This document shows positions 55,257-64,000 of a DNA stretch of 64,000 nt, one piece after another. The DNA comes from Candidatus Moraniibacteriota bacterium (GTDB lineage: Bacteria; Patescibacteriota; Minisyncoccia; Moranbacterales; GCA-2747515). The notes beneath the pieces were generated by a model. The model made no database searches and was not told the DNA's origin. It saw nothing but the letters and a program-made list of their open reading frames with translations. Within the stretch, counting starts at the first letter, position 1. Each line of letters starts with the position of its first letter. The translations under genes were made by a program, and so were the position numbers. The DNA is taken from positions 418,474-482,473 of the forward strand of contig CP065011.1 of NCBI GenBank assembly GCA_016699795.1. The letters are read 5' to 3'.

Positions 55257-57542
55257 TTATTGAATTTCATAAATTTCATATTCCTCCCCATATGATTTTA
55301 TAAAGACAATATCCTGATTTTCTTCCAAAAAAGATTTAAAATTTTTAGATGCAATACATATTTTATTCTCTTCCATATTCTCTTTATGTAAACATGTATT
55401 AGCTCGGAAACGATAAAAAAGGATATATTTAACATTAAATTTCTTTAAAACCTCTTTAGGATTTTCTTCTTTTGAAAAACACAAGAATAACTCACCAAAA
55501 AAATCAGGAATAAAATTTTTATATGAATCTTGAAGAAAATATCCTTGAGGCTCAAAAAGGCCATAAATTTTTACATCTTCTTTTAAAAGCCTTATGCGAT
55601 TATTAAGAAATTGTGATGCCTGAAAAAGGAAATAATTACCAGAATCACATCTTTTATCAACTTTATCACAAGATATCTGTTCAAAACCCTCACTCAAATC
55701 AATTTCATTTCGAAAGTATTCAAGCTTTGTTGGTATATTTGAAATAAGGGAAAAAATAAAAATTAAGAAAGTAGAAATAAAGAAAATAGATATTTTAACA
55801 GCATTTTGTATTACGATTGTTTTCCTTGAAATTTGAATAAAAGCTATGTATAACCATAAAAAAAACGATGGCCCTAAATACCAGATTTGTCCACTTAAGA
55901 AAAATGCCCAAAAAAAGAAATACATCCAGGAAAAAATAAAAATAATTCCATCAAATAAAGAAAATTTTCTCCATTGAAAAAATAATATTACTGGCAAAAA
56001 AAGGAAAAAATAAATTCCTGGGTTATTCAACAAAAAACTATTATTTCCCAATAAAAAATGGGAAATAAAAAATATTTTTACATTATTAATAAAACTCACA
56101 GCCTCTCTTTTTATATCAAATTTCCAACTATAAATGAAAATAACATCTTCTCGAATCTGCTGAGTAAATTCTTTATGACAAGAATCTCCATTCTGAGAGG
56201 AATAAATGTTTTTTCCATCCATTAAGGGATAAAAGGGTGAGCTGTAAAAAGAAAGATCTTTTACCATCCATGGAAACATAGCTATAAACATAAACAATGT
56301 AACAATAAGAATATGTTGAATTCGAATCTTTTTTAAAATCCAGAAAACAAAAAAGATACTTAAGAAAAAGATAATAAAGAAGACTGCTGTATATTTTATG
56401 GACATAAGGAATCCCAATAAAATACCAAAAATTGAGTATGTACCAAGAGATTTTTTTAAGGAAATTTTTTCAATAATATCCCTAAAAACAAGAAGTGTGA
56501 CAAGAAAGAAGAAATAAAGAAAAAGATCTATTTTTAAATGAAAAAAACTCATGTTAAGCAAAAAAGGAAACGTCGAAAAAACAAGAACAAACCATATCTT
56601 CAATGACCCTTTTCCCCCCTTCACAGATAATAAGTCAAAAAAAGCAAGCGCGGAAAATACATATAATAACCAGTGCAAAACAAAAGGACCCAGTAATCCT
56701 AAAGAAAAATAACCAGCCATAAACAAAATTTCTCCCAGTTGAGGAAATCCCCAATGAGGATGAAATGCAAAAGGAATAATATGTCCTAAACGAGCATATG
56801 TTTCAGGAAAAGTAAGATACTGATGAAAAGTATCCCATCCCCCACTTAGTAATGAACCTAGAGAAGAAAGAAAACTTGAAAGAAAAATAAGAATTAAAAT
56901 AATCCAAGGAATAACTTCTATTCCGAAATGAGATGCTATTCGAAAAGAAAACGCCACAGAAAAAAAATCACGCAAAAAATGAAATATTTTTTTATAAAAA
57001 ATAAAGCTTAAAAACAAAACAATCCCTAAAAAAGAAAAATTATTTATTCCAAAAAATAGCGTGAAAAGATATAAGCTATATCCAAAACATCCCATTCCCA
57101 TAGCAAATGAGACGAGAAAATAGCTCATTTTTCTTTTTGTGTAATATCCAAAAAATTTCAAAATGCTCTCTCCTATACTTATTGAAAGAAGCACAAGCAT
57201 TCCTAAAAAAAAGAAAATAAAAAAAATATCTAAAAAACCAAAAAATAATTTGCCCCACAGTTCCATTTTTAAAGCATATTCCTGAAAAACTAAAGAAAAT
57301 ATAAGGATGAAAATGAAAAAAATTAAAATCCAAACAGGTATTTTAGACTCCAAAATAAACTCTTTTAAGATTTTTCTCAAAAAGAACAAACTAAAGAAAA
57401 GAAAAGAAAAGAAAACAATCAGGAGAAGTCCAAAAAGAAGAAGAAAATCTCTCACAGTATCCAAAGGAAGTAATGTTGCAACATAGGGAATACTTGACAT
57501 TCCAATAAGCCAAAAAATATATAAAATCTCTTTTTTAATCAT
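55257..57542 (-). CDS. Large polytopic membrane protein (>15 TM; possibly ArnT/PMT-family glycosyltransferase or O-antigen/pilin glycosylation-type)
   Basis: 761 aa, almost entirely hydrophobic helices, with a soluble ~150-aa C-terminal domain. Family unassigned. Confidence 0.55.
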   Translation of the reverse strand: MIKKEILYIFWLIGMSSIPYVATLLPLDTVRDFLLLFGLLLIVFFSFLFFSLFFLRKILKEFILESKIPVWILIFFIFILIFSLVFQEYALKMELWGKLFFGFLDIFFIFFFLGMLVLLSISIGESILKFFGYYTKRKMSYFLVSFAMGMGCFGYSLYLFTLFFGINNFSFLGIVLFLSFIFYKKIFHFLRDFFSVAFSFRIASHFGIEVIPWIILILIFLSSFLSSLGSLLSGGWDTFHQYLTFPETYARLGHIIPFAFHPHWGFPQLGEILFMAGYFSLGLLGPFVLHWLLYVFSALAFFDLLSVKGGKGSLKIWFVLVFSTFPFLLNMSFFHLKIDLFLYFFFLVTLLVFRDIIEKISLKKSLGTYSIFGILLGFLMSIKYTAVFFIIFFLSIFFVFWILKKIRIQHILIVTLFMFIAMFPWMVKDLSFYSSPFYPLMDGKNIYSSQNGDSCHKEFTQQIREDVIFIYSWKFDIKREAVSFINNVKIFFISHFLLGNNSFLLNNPGIYFFLFLPVILFFQWRKFSLFDGIIFIFSWMYFFFWAFFLSGQIWYLGPSFFLWLYIAFIQISRKTIVIQNAVKISIFFISTFLIFIFSLISNIPTKLEYFRNEIDLSEGFEQISCDKVDKRCDSGNYFLFQASQFLNNRIRLLKEDVKIYGLFEPQGYFLQDSYKNFIPDFFGELFLCFSKEENPKEVLKKFNVKYILFYRFRANTCLHKENMEENKICIASKNFKSFLEENQDIVFIKSYGEEYEIYEIQ

Positions 57543-57662
57543 AAAAACTTTATAGCATACTTTTCATTTTCTTGACTCGATAAAGAATACTAGAGTATAC
57601 GTTAAACTATAAAGAAAGCCCCGATATAAGAATGTCTATGATAGAGCTTAAATTAAACTAAA

Positions 57663-59213
57663 ATGAAAAAAAGTCAAAAAACAGCCCTCATTATAGGTGC
57701 TGGTCCTGCAGGTCTTACAGCAGCGCTTGAAATACTGAGAAAAAGTAATCTCCAAGTTATTATTATAGAAAAAGACTCTGTTGTTGGAGGAATTTCTAAA
57801 ACAATTCCCTTTAAAGGAAATCGTATTGACATAGGAGGTCATCGTTTTTTTTCAAAATCAGATGAGGTAATGCTTTGGTGGAATGAAATACTTCCCATAC
57901 TCGACAAAAACAATGATCATTTCTTACCCAAAGAGAGTTTTCACTTTATTTCTCAAAAAGAGTATAAAAAGAATCTCCCTAAAAATATAATGTTTATTCG
58001 AAAAAGAATCTCAAGAATATTCTATGCCAATACATTCTTTACGTATCCCATAACATTTACTTTAGAGACCCTTAAGAATCTCGGTTTTTTTTCTTCCCTT
58101 ACTATAGCCTTTTCCTATATTTTTCATAAACTCTTTCCAAGGAAACCAGAAAACACTTTAGAAGATTTTTTTATCAACAAATTTGGAAAAAAACTTTATT
58201 CTTTATTCTTTAAAGAATATACCGAAAAGGTATGGGGGACTTCCTGTAAAAACATACAAGCTACGTGGGGAGCACAAAGAATAAAAGGACTTTCTTTGAG
58301 AAAGGTTATTTCTCATTCATTACATACCTGTTTTTCAAAAAAAACTCTGTCTTCCAAAAAAATTGAAACCAGTCTTATTGAAAGATTTCTTTATCCAAAA
58401 TATGGACCAGGACAAATGTGGGAACTCGTAGCAAAACACATACTAAAAAGAAAAGGAAAGATTCTTTTTCATCATGAGATAGAAAATATATATATTTCAA
58501 AAAATACAGTTACTTCTCTAGAAATAAAAAACAAAGAAACTCAAGAAAAATTCACCATAAACACCGACTTTGTTTTTTCAAGTATGCCCATTTCTGAGCT
58601 CATTCACACCATGAAAGATCAGCCACCTCAAGAAGTTCAAGCTATTTCTAAAGAACTTACCTACCGTGATTTCATAACAGTCGGAATACTTTGTTCTTCT
58701 TTTTTACCCTCAACAAAAATCAAAGATAATTGGATATACATACAAGAACCAGGATTACAAGTAGGAAGAATTCAGATATATAACAACTGGAGTCCTTTTA
58801 TGGTGAAAAATCCAAAAGAAACAATATGGATTGGATTGGAATATTTTACGAATAAACATGATGCTTTTTGGAGTATGAACGATGAAGAAATTCTTTCTTT
58901 AGCAAAAAAAGAATTAGTTCAAATGAAAATGACTTCATTAGAAAATATTCTGGATGGTATTGTTATTAGAGTTGAAAAAGCCTATCCTTCTTACATAGGA
59001 AGTGGCTATAAACAATTCTCTATAATAAAGGAATATCTTCTTTCTTTAGAGAATCTTTATCCTATAGGAAGAAATGGAACACATACCTACAACAATCAAG
59101 ATCATTCCATGCTTTCAGCGATTCGATCTGTTGAGCATATGCTTACGAATTCTCCAAGTAAAGAATCTCTATGGCGGATTAATTCTGAAAAAGAATATCA
59201 TGAGAAAAGGTGA
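57663..59213 (+). CDS. FAD/NAD(P)-binding oxidoreductase (amine-oxidase / UDP-galactopyranose-mutase-like)
   Basis: '[18 protein letters not shown]' (GxGxxG Rossmann motif) and 'IDIGGHRFF'. Confidence 0.65.
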   Translation: MKKSQKTALIIGAGPAGLTAALEILRKSNLQVIIIEKDSVVGGISKTIPFKGNRIDIGGHRFFSKSDEVMLWWNEILPILDKNNDHFLPKESFHFISQKEYKKNLPKNIMFIRKRISRIFYANTFFTYPITFTLETLKNLGFFSSLTIAFSYIFHKLFPRKPENTLEDFFINKFGKKLYSLFFKEYTEKVWGTSCKNIQATWGAQRIKGLSLRKVISHSLHTCFSKKTLSSKKIETSLIERFLYPKYGPGQMWELVAKHILKRKGKILFHHEIENIYISKNTVTSLEIKNKETQEKFTINTDFVFSSMPISELIHTMKDQPPQEVQAISKELTYRDFITVGILCSSFLPSTKIKDNWIYIQEPGLQVGRIQIYNNWSPFMVKNPKETIWIGLEYFTNKHDAFWSMNDEEILSLAKKELVQMKMTSLENILDGIVIRVEKAYPSYIGSGYKQFSIIKEYLLSLENLYPIGRNGTHTYNNQDHSMLSAIRSVEHMLTNSPSKESLWRINSEKEYHEKR

Positions 59214-59319
59214 GGTATGCCCTTTCGCAAAACGCTTGACGTTTCTCTTATTCTCCCTTATTATAGGGAAGTTAAAAAAATAACTGCTCGATATTTTCGT
59301 ATCGTCTTATCTCAAATAT

Positions 59320-59781
59320 ATGCACTCTGACGTTATTGCCTTTAATCTTGCTCAAAGAACTCATGTTGTTCCAGATCTTAAAACTGGTGATATTGTTCGT
59401 GTTTATAGGAAAATTAAAGAAGGCGATAAAGAGCGTATTCAAATCTTTGAAGGTCTTATTATACGTATTCAGGCCAAACAAAGCTCCTCTCCTATTATAA
59501 CCGTTCGAAAAACCTCTTTCGGAATCGGTGTTGAAATCATGTTCCCTATTCATTCTCCTTCAGTAGATAAAATTGAAATAGTCAAAAAAGCGAAGATTCG
59601 TCGCGCAAGACTTTACTTCGTTCGAGAGAAAACAGACAGAGAATTAAGAAAGAAACTTCGAGCAGTTACTGTGGCAACAAAAAAAGTATCTCCTAAAAAA
59701 GATGATAAAGTTTCAAAAGTTCCTTCTCAAGAAGTAAAGGCTAAAAAGGAAACGGTTATTTCAGAAGCTCAGGAAAAATAA
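59320..59781 (+). CDS. rplS: 50S ribosomal protein L19 with Lys-rich C-terminal extension
   Basis: 'FNLAQRTHVVPDLKTGDIVRVYRKIKEGDKERIQIFEGLIIRIQ'. Confidence 0.9.
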   Translation: MHSDVIAFNLAQRTHVVPDLKTGDIVRVYRKIKEGDKERIQIFEGLIIRIQAKQSSSPIITVRKTSFGIGVEIMFPIHSPSVDKIEIVKKAKIRRARLYFVREKTDRELRKKLRAVTVATKKVSPKKDDKVSKVPSQEVKAKKETVISEAQEK

Positions 59782-59789
59782 AACATCAT

Positions 59790-59874
59790 GCCCAGGTGGC
59801 GGAACCCGGTATACGCGCTAGCTTGAGGTGCTAGTTCTCGCAAGGGATTGGAGGTTCAAATCCTCTCCTGGGCA
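59790..59874 (+). tRNA. tRNA-Leu (anticodon GAG), long variable arm
   Basis: Acceptor GCCCAGG/CCTGGGC, anticodon stem CTAGC/GCTAG with loop TTGAGGT, T-arm GGAGG-TTCAAAT-CCTCT. Confidence 0.75.
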
Positions 59875-60033
59875 CACCAAGGAAGTACGTCAACTACTTG
59901 ACGTATGTGAGGATTTGAAAGCCGGAGCGATGTGCGAAGCACCGCGAGGCGGGGTCGAAAGATTTTCTTTGAAAAAAGAAAATACTTGTGACCAAATCCT
60001 CTCCTGGGCACACCAAGGAAGTATGTAAGGAGA
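59875..60033 (+). mobile_element. Miniature element inserted at tRNA-Leu(GAG) 3' end: 115-nt insert bounded by perfect 31-nt direct repeat
   Basis: 'caaatcctctcctgggcacaccaaggaagta' at 59857-59887 recurs at 60003-60033. The intervening 'gaaagccggagcgatgtgcgaagcaccgcgaggcggggtcgaaagatttt...gaaaatacttgtgac' is shared with the element after tRNA-Val. Confidence 0.5.
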
Positions 60034-60113
60034 GATTGAAAGTCAAAGCGTTGTGTGCAAAAGATATAAAGGTTGATCCGGAAGAGAAAAGGAGTATACT
60101 ATAAAATATATAT

Positions 60114-60187
60114 GCGTGCTTAGCTCAGTTGGCTAGAGCATCTCGTTTACACCGAGAGGGTCAGGGGTTCGAGTCCCTTAGCACGCA
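60114..60187 (+). tRNA. tRNA-Val (anticodon UAC)
   Basis: Acceptor GCGTGCT/AGCACGC, D-arm GCTC/GAGC, anticodon stem TCTCG/CGAGA with loop TTTACAC, T-arm AGGGG-TTCGAGT-CCCTT. Confidence 0.85.
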
Positions 60188-60376
60188 CAACAAACATCGT
60201 GAGTTTTGTGTGTTATGTACGCCAACTGCTTGGCGTACATAGGGACGAGAAAGCCGGAGTAAAGTGTGAGTTTTCCCTGAATCTTCGAAGGGAAAGGCAA
60301 ACACCACGAGGCGGGGTCGAAAGATTTTTCCGTCAGGAAAAATACTTGTGACCGAGTCTCTCGATAAGTACACAAT
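60188..60376 (+). mobile_element. Miniature tRNA-Val 3'-end-associated element with degenerate tRNA 3'-end copy
   Basis: The internal 'gaaagccggagtaaagtgtga...accacgaggcggggtcgaaagatttttcc...gaaaaatacttgtgacc' is homologous to the tRNA-Leu mini-element. The terminal 'gagtctctcgataagtacacaat' resembles the tRNA-Val 3' end 'gagtcccttagcacgcacaac'. Confidence 0.35.
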
Positions 60377-60566
60377 TTTTATCAATCATAAAAAATCGCC
60401 TTAAAGCGGTTTTTATTTTTGACCATTAAAAAATAAACAGGAGATTCTCCCCTTCTATCGCTTCGCACGTGCCTTTGACACAGACTACGCATCTCCTCCA
60501 GAGCCGGGGTTTTCAAAACGTGAAGCAGTTCACGTTTTGAAATACCCTTCGATTCCCCTCGTTTTT

Positions 60567-60608
60567 ACACCTACCTAAATACAAAAGACCCCATATGGGG
60601 TCTTTTGT
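60567..60608. terminator. Perfect 20-bp palindrome (cctaaatacaaaagacccca/tggggtcttttgtatttagg), bidirectional terminator candidate
   Basis: It lies immediately 3' of the minus-strand tRNA-Gly(GCC). Confidence 0.45.
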
Positions 60609-60680
60609 ATTTAGGTGAGCGAGAGACGGGAATCGAACCCGCGACCTATTCCTTGGCAAGGAATCGTTCTACCATTGAAC
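60609..60680 (-). tRNA. tRNA-Gly (anticodon GCC)
   Basis: Reverse-complement GCGAGAG...anticodon stem ATTCC/GGAAT with loop TTGCCAA...T-arm GCGGG-TTCGATT-CCCGT...CTCTCGC. Confidence 0.85.
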
Positions 60681-60750
60681 CACTCTCGCATCTTTATTTA
60701 TTTTTTGAAAAATACCCTCAGACAGCATATCCCGAAAATTTCCTCTTCAG

Positions 60751-60823
<73 letters not shown>

Positions 60824-60850
60824 TTCTTTTTTATTATTTTCGCTCTAACG

Positions 60851-60922
60851 TGCCTGGGGTGAGAATCGGACTCACGACACAAGGATTTTCAGTCCTTTGC
60901 TCTACCACTGAGCTACCCAGGC
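60851..60922 (-). tRNA. tRNA-Phe (anticodon GAA)
   Basis: Reverse-complement GCCTGGG, D-arm GCTC/GAGC, anticodon stem AAGGA/TCCTT with loop CTGAAAA, T-arm GTGAG-TCCGATT-CTCAC, acceptor CCCAGGC. Confidence 0.85.
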
Positions 60923-61085
60923 ATAACACAACATTCTCCTCTTCCAGTATAAGAAAAAAAAAGAAAAAAGCAAGCTCTCTTTTTAGAGAAAAAGTATACA
61001 TCTCTATAAAGATATTTTTATTTGACATAATTAAGCTTTTTCATTATTATTTATTTTTAAGATTTCGCTAAAAATACCTTTTTCT

Positions 61086-61688
61086 ATGCACAACTTAATA
61101 CAAAATCTTTTTATTATTTCTGGCCCCTCTGGTGTTGGTGAAGACTCTGTTATAGAAGGTCTACGAGAAAGAATTCCTATTGAACGAGTTATCACATCCA
61201 CAACGCGTCAACCTCGAGAAGGAGAATCTCAAGGAGTTCCTTATTACTTTCTCTCTAAGGAAGATTTTAAAAAGGGAATAGAAAAAGAAATATTCATAGA
61301 ATATGCAAAAGAGTATAATGATGAATATTATGGCGTAACCAAAGAAGAAATTGAAAGAGTTATACAATCAGGAAAAATTGGTATTTGGAAAATAGAATGG
61401 AAAGGTGTTATTACTGCAAAAAAACTTTTTCCTTCTATACAATCTATACTCTTAACTGTGAGTGATCTCTCTATTTTAGAAAAACGTATTCAAAAACGAG
61501 GATCTGTTTCCAAAGAATACATTACAGAGAGAATGCTCTATACCATCGAATGGCTTTCTCACAAAGATATTTATGATTACATCGTCTACAATGAAGAAGG
61601 AAAACTTACACAAACAATTCAAGAAGTCCAAACAATTATTGAAAATAACAGCCTCCTTTACAAAAAAGATTCAGACAACCGCGCATAG
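61086..61688 (+). CDS. gmk: Guanylate kinase
   Basis: P-loop 'ISGPSGVGEDSV', 'TTRQPREGESQGVPYYFLSKEDF'. Confidence 0.85.
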   Translation: MHNLIQNLFIISGPSGVGEDSVIEGLRERIPIERVITSTTRQPREGESQGVPYYFLSKEDFKKGIEKEIFIEYAKEYNDEYYGVTKEEIERVIQSGKIGIWKIEWKGVITAKKLFPSIQSILLTVSDLSILEKRIQKRGSVSKEYITERMLYTIEWLSHKDIYDYIVYNEEGKLTQTIQEVQTIIENNSLLYKKDSDNRA

Positions 61689-62652
61689 ATACCATCTTTG
61701 GGATAAGGGACATCGTATTGTTATTGGTGTTTCTGGAGGACCAGACAGCATGGCTCTTCTTTACTTTTTCCTGCATCTAAGAGGGAAATACGATCTTACT
61801 CTTTTTGTTGCCCATGTAAATTACCGGTTGCGTGGAACGGAGAGCAATGCCGATCAAAATCTCGTTCAATTCTTTTGTGAAAAAAATAACATTCCCTATT
61901 TCAATTATAAACCAAGAAATTTTGAAATAAATGAGGATTCTTTACGAAAAAAAAGATTTCTTTTTTTTAAGAAAATAAAAAGATTAACGAAGTCCCACGT
62001 AGTAGCCCTTGCTCATCATAAAAATGATCAAGCGGAAACAGTATTTTTTCGCCTTCTTCGCGGGAGTGGAAGAAAAGGATTATCAGGAATGTCTATCAAA
62101 ACGAAAACGATTATTCGTCCTTTTCTTTTCACATCAAAGGAAGATATTATTTCTTATACGAAAGAGAATGACATTCCCTATCGTACAGACAAGACAAATC
62201 TCGAATCAAACTTTACAAGAAATCGTATTCGAAATATTCTATTCCCCCTTCTAAAAGAACAACTTCATCCAAATATTATCACTGTTTTAGCTCAAACAGG
62301 CCATATACTCTCTGATGAAGATATCTATTTAAATTCCTTACTCCAAGAAAATTTTCATCCCCTTATAGAAAAAAAGAATTTGAGTATTTCATTTTCTCTC
62401 ACGGAATGGAGAGACCTTCCTATTCCCCTCCGAAGAAGAGCTCTTATTTTTTGCATAGACACTATTCCGAAACATTCTTCTACCCTAACAAATATACATT
62501 TTTCTCTCATAGAAGAGCTTAAAAATATGCTAGAAAAATCAAAATCTAAACATCAAGAAAAAAGATTTCTAGGATTGCTTTTAGAGAAAAAAGGTGATAG
62601 AGTAACCTTGTTTTACACAAAAAATCCATTGTCCGATAATTCTAATACCTAA
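61573..62652 (+). CDS. tilS: tRNA(Ile)-lysidine synthetase (start uncertain; ORF overlaps gmk by ~116 nt)
   Basis: PP-loop '[18 protein letters not shown]'. The true start is probably downstream of 61573 or uses a non-ATG start. Confidence 0.75.
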   Translation: MITSSTMKKENLHKQFKKSKQLLKITASFTKKIQTTAHRYHLWDKGHRIVIGVSGGPDSMALLYFFLHLRGKYDLTLFVAHVNYRLRGTESNADQNLVQFFCEKNNIPYFNYKPRNFEINEDSLRKKRFLFFKKIKRLTKSHVVALAHHKNDQAETVFFRLLRGSGRKGLSGMSIKTKTIIRPFLFTSKEDIISYTKENDIPYRTDKTNLESNFTRNRIRNILFPLLKEQLHPNIITVLAQTGHILSDEDIYLNSLLQENFHPLIEKKNLSISFSLTEWRDLPIPLRRRALIFCIDTIPKHSSTLTNIHFSLIEELKNMLEKSKSKHQEKRFLGLLLEKKGDRVTLFYTKNPLSDNSNT

Positions 62653-62668
62653 GATATTTCACACATTT

Positions 62669-64000
62669 ATGAATAAAAATATTAAAAACATTGCAACAGC
62701 TGTTCTTCTCGCGATCTTATTTATGGGACTTTTATCCCTTTATACAAACCCCTCAGAAAAACCAGAGGAAATCACACTCAGTACTCTTTCGCAAGAAATA
62801 AATGATAATAAAATTAAATCAATTGAAATCGATGAGAGTAAAGTGAATGTCACATTATCTGATGGAAAAAAACAACTCACCACAAAAGAGGCTGAAAGTT
62901 CTCTTTCTGAAACACTTGTTAACTTCGGAGTATCCACAGAAAAGCTTAATTCTATAGATATTTCCATAAAAAAAGAATCAGCTTCTTCCTTTTGGCTAAG
63001 AACTTTTCTTCCTTTTTTCCTCCCCTTTATTCTTATTGGACTTTTTCTTTGGTTTATGTTTCGTCAAGCGCAAAAGGGAAGTTCCCAAGCACTTACTTTT
63101 GGTTTAAGTAGAGCTCGAATAGTCGATCCTAATGACAAAAAAAGAAGGATTACTTTCAAGGATGTCGCGGGAGAAACGGAAGCAAAAGAAGAACTTTTTG
63201 AAATCGTAGAATTTCTTAAAGAACCAAAGAAGTTTTTGGCTATGGGTGCTAAAATTCCCAAAGGAGTTCTTCTTATGGGCCCTCCGGGAACAGGAAAAAC
63301 ACTCCTCGCAAAGGCAGTTGCTGGTGAAGCGGGCGTTCCTTTCTTTAATATAAGCGGATCCGAATTTGTAGAAATGTTCGTAGGAGTAGGTGCAAGTCGC
63401 GTAAGAGATCTCTTTAAACAGGCTAAGAAACAAGCTCCTGCAATTGTTTTTATTGATGAAATCGATGCTGTGGGACGACATAGAGGAGCTGGCTTAGGAG
63501 GTGGCCATGACGAAAGAGAGCAGACTCTTAATCAAATTCTTGTGGAAATGGATGGTTTTGAAACAGATGCTGGTGTCATTGTTATAGCGGCTACCAACCG
63601 ACCTGACGTACTTGATCCAGCACTCCTTCGCCCTGGACGATTTGACCGTAGAGTTATTCTCGGTTTCCCCGATATGAGAGAAAGAGAGGCTATCCTTACT
63701 TTGCACATAAAGAATAAACCTATACATTCTAATGTAGATAAAAAAGTTATTGCCCAAAGAACTCCAGGATTCTCAGGAGCTGATCTAGCCAATCTTCTTA
63801 ATGAAGCAGCTCTTCTTGCAGCAAGACGTAATAGAAAAACTATCAGGATGCAAGAAATAACAGAATCCATTGAAAAGGTTCTTCTTGGGCCAGCAAGAAA
63901 GAGTCGAATTATAAATGAAGAAGAAAAGAAGACAATAGCATATCACGAAGCGGGTCATGCTCTTGTTGCGGATACCCTTCCAAATGCTGATCCTGTACAA
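62669..64000 (+). CDS. ftsH: ATP-dependent zinc metalloprotease FtsH (3'-truncated by window edge)
   Basis: Read manually; not in the ORF track because no stop lies in the window. TM, '[23 protein letters not shown]' (Walker A), '[11 protein letters not shown]' (Walker B), '[19 protein letters not shown]' (SRH), and 'HEAGHA' starting as the window ends. Confidence 0.9.
   Translation, partial: MNKNIKNIATAVLLAILFMGLLSLYTNPSEKPEEITLSTLSQEINDNKIKSIEIDESKVNVTLSDGKKQLTTKEAESSLSETLVNFGVSTEKLNSIDISIKKESASSFWLRTFLPFFLPFILIGLFLWFMFRQAQKGSSQALTFGLSRARIVDPNDKKRRITFKDVAGETEAKEELFEIVEFLKEPKKFLAMGAKIPKGVLLMGPPGTGKTLLAKAVAGEAGVPFFNISGSEFVEMFVGVGASRVRDLFKQAKKQAPAIVFIDEIDAVGRHRGAGLGGGHDEREQTLNQILVEMDGFETDAGVIVIAATNRPDVLDPALLRPGRFDRRVILGFPDMREREAILTLHIKNKPIHSNVDKKVIAQRTPGFSGADLANLLNEAALLAARRNRKTIRMQEITESIEKVLLGPARKSRIINEEEKKTIAYHEAGHALVADTLPNADPVQ

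Overview
Low-GC (about 33% by eye) bacterial window with CPR/Patescibacteria hallmarks: many small TrbC/VirB2-like 'pilin' paralogs, RNase Y, compact housekeeping genes, tRNA genes mostly lacking an encoded CCA. The housekeeping backbone (about 12.9-33.8 kb and 42-64 kb) carries an FNR-like oxidoreductase, M23 peptidase, LytR_C protein, HU, RNase Y, iPGM, ClpP, trigger factor, PPase, NusA, IF-2, CCA-adding enzyme, two SPFH proteins, class I RNR (NrdAB), SOD, peroxiredoxin, L19, Gmk, TilS, FtsH and 10 tRNAs. Two GC-richer (about 40-45% by eye) insertions abut tRNA genes and each ends in a large serine recombinase. (1) Positions 1-12,786 (left end outside the window) abut tRNA-Gly(TCC) and carry a CHC2-primase/P-loop replication module. 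This insertion also carries a tightly packed five-gene minus-strand island: C5 cytosine methyltransferase, ParB/Srx-like 'DGNRR' protein, SNF2 helicase, DUF3883 PD-(D/E)xK nuclease-like protein, and a small HEPN-like (RNxxxH) protein. The combination does not fit DISARM, Dnd, Dpd, BREX or canonical type I/III systems. It is the best candidate for an undescribed defence system here. (2) Positions 33,944-39,690 abut tRNA-Ser(CGA). A serine recombinase gene there is flanked by imperfect inverted repeats. A 3-kb cargo cassette (XRE HTH, unknown 281-aa protein, NUDIX, HAD-like, DHH phosphoesterase) is bracketed by perfect 359-bp GC-rich, hairpin-rich inverted repeats. The insertion ends in a degenerate copy of the tRNA-Ser 3' end. 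Three miniature (about 115-190 bp) elements with related internal sequence and tRNA 3'-end duplications sit downstream of tRNA-Pro(CGG), tRNA-Leu(GAG) and tRNA-Val(TAC); the tRNA-Leu(GAG) copy is a perfect 31-nt repeat. Other points of note: an 8-gene pilin-like cluster with a near-identical tandem duplication, a GC-anomalous band-7 gene pair, and a Cys-rich LmbE/InlB-repeat surface protein with poly-A tracts at its 5' end. No rRNA and no CRISPR array were seen. All coordinates come from manual reading and can be off by a few bases.
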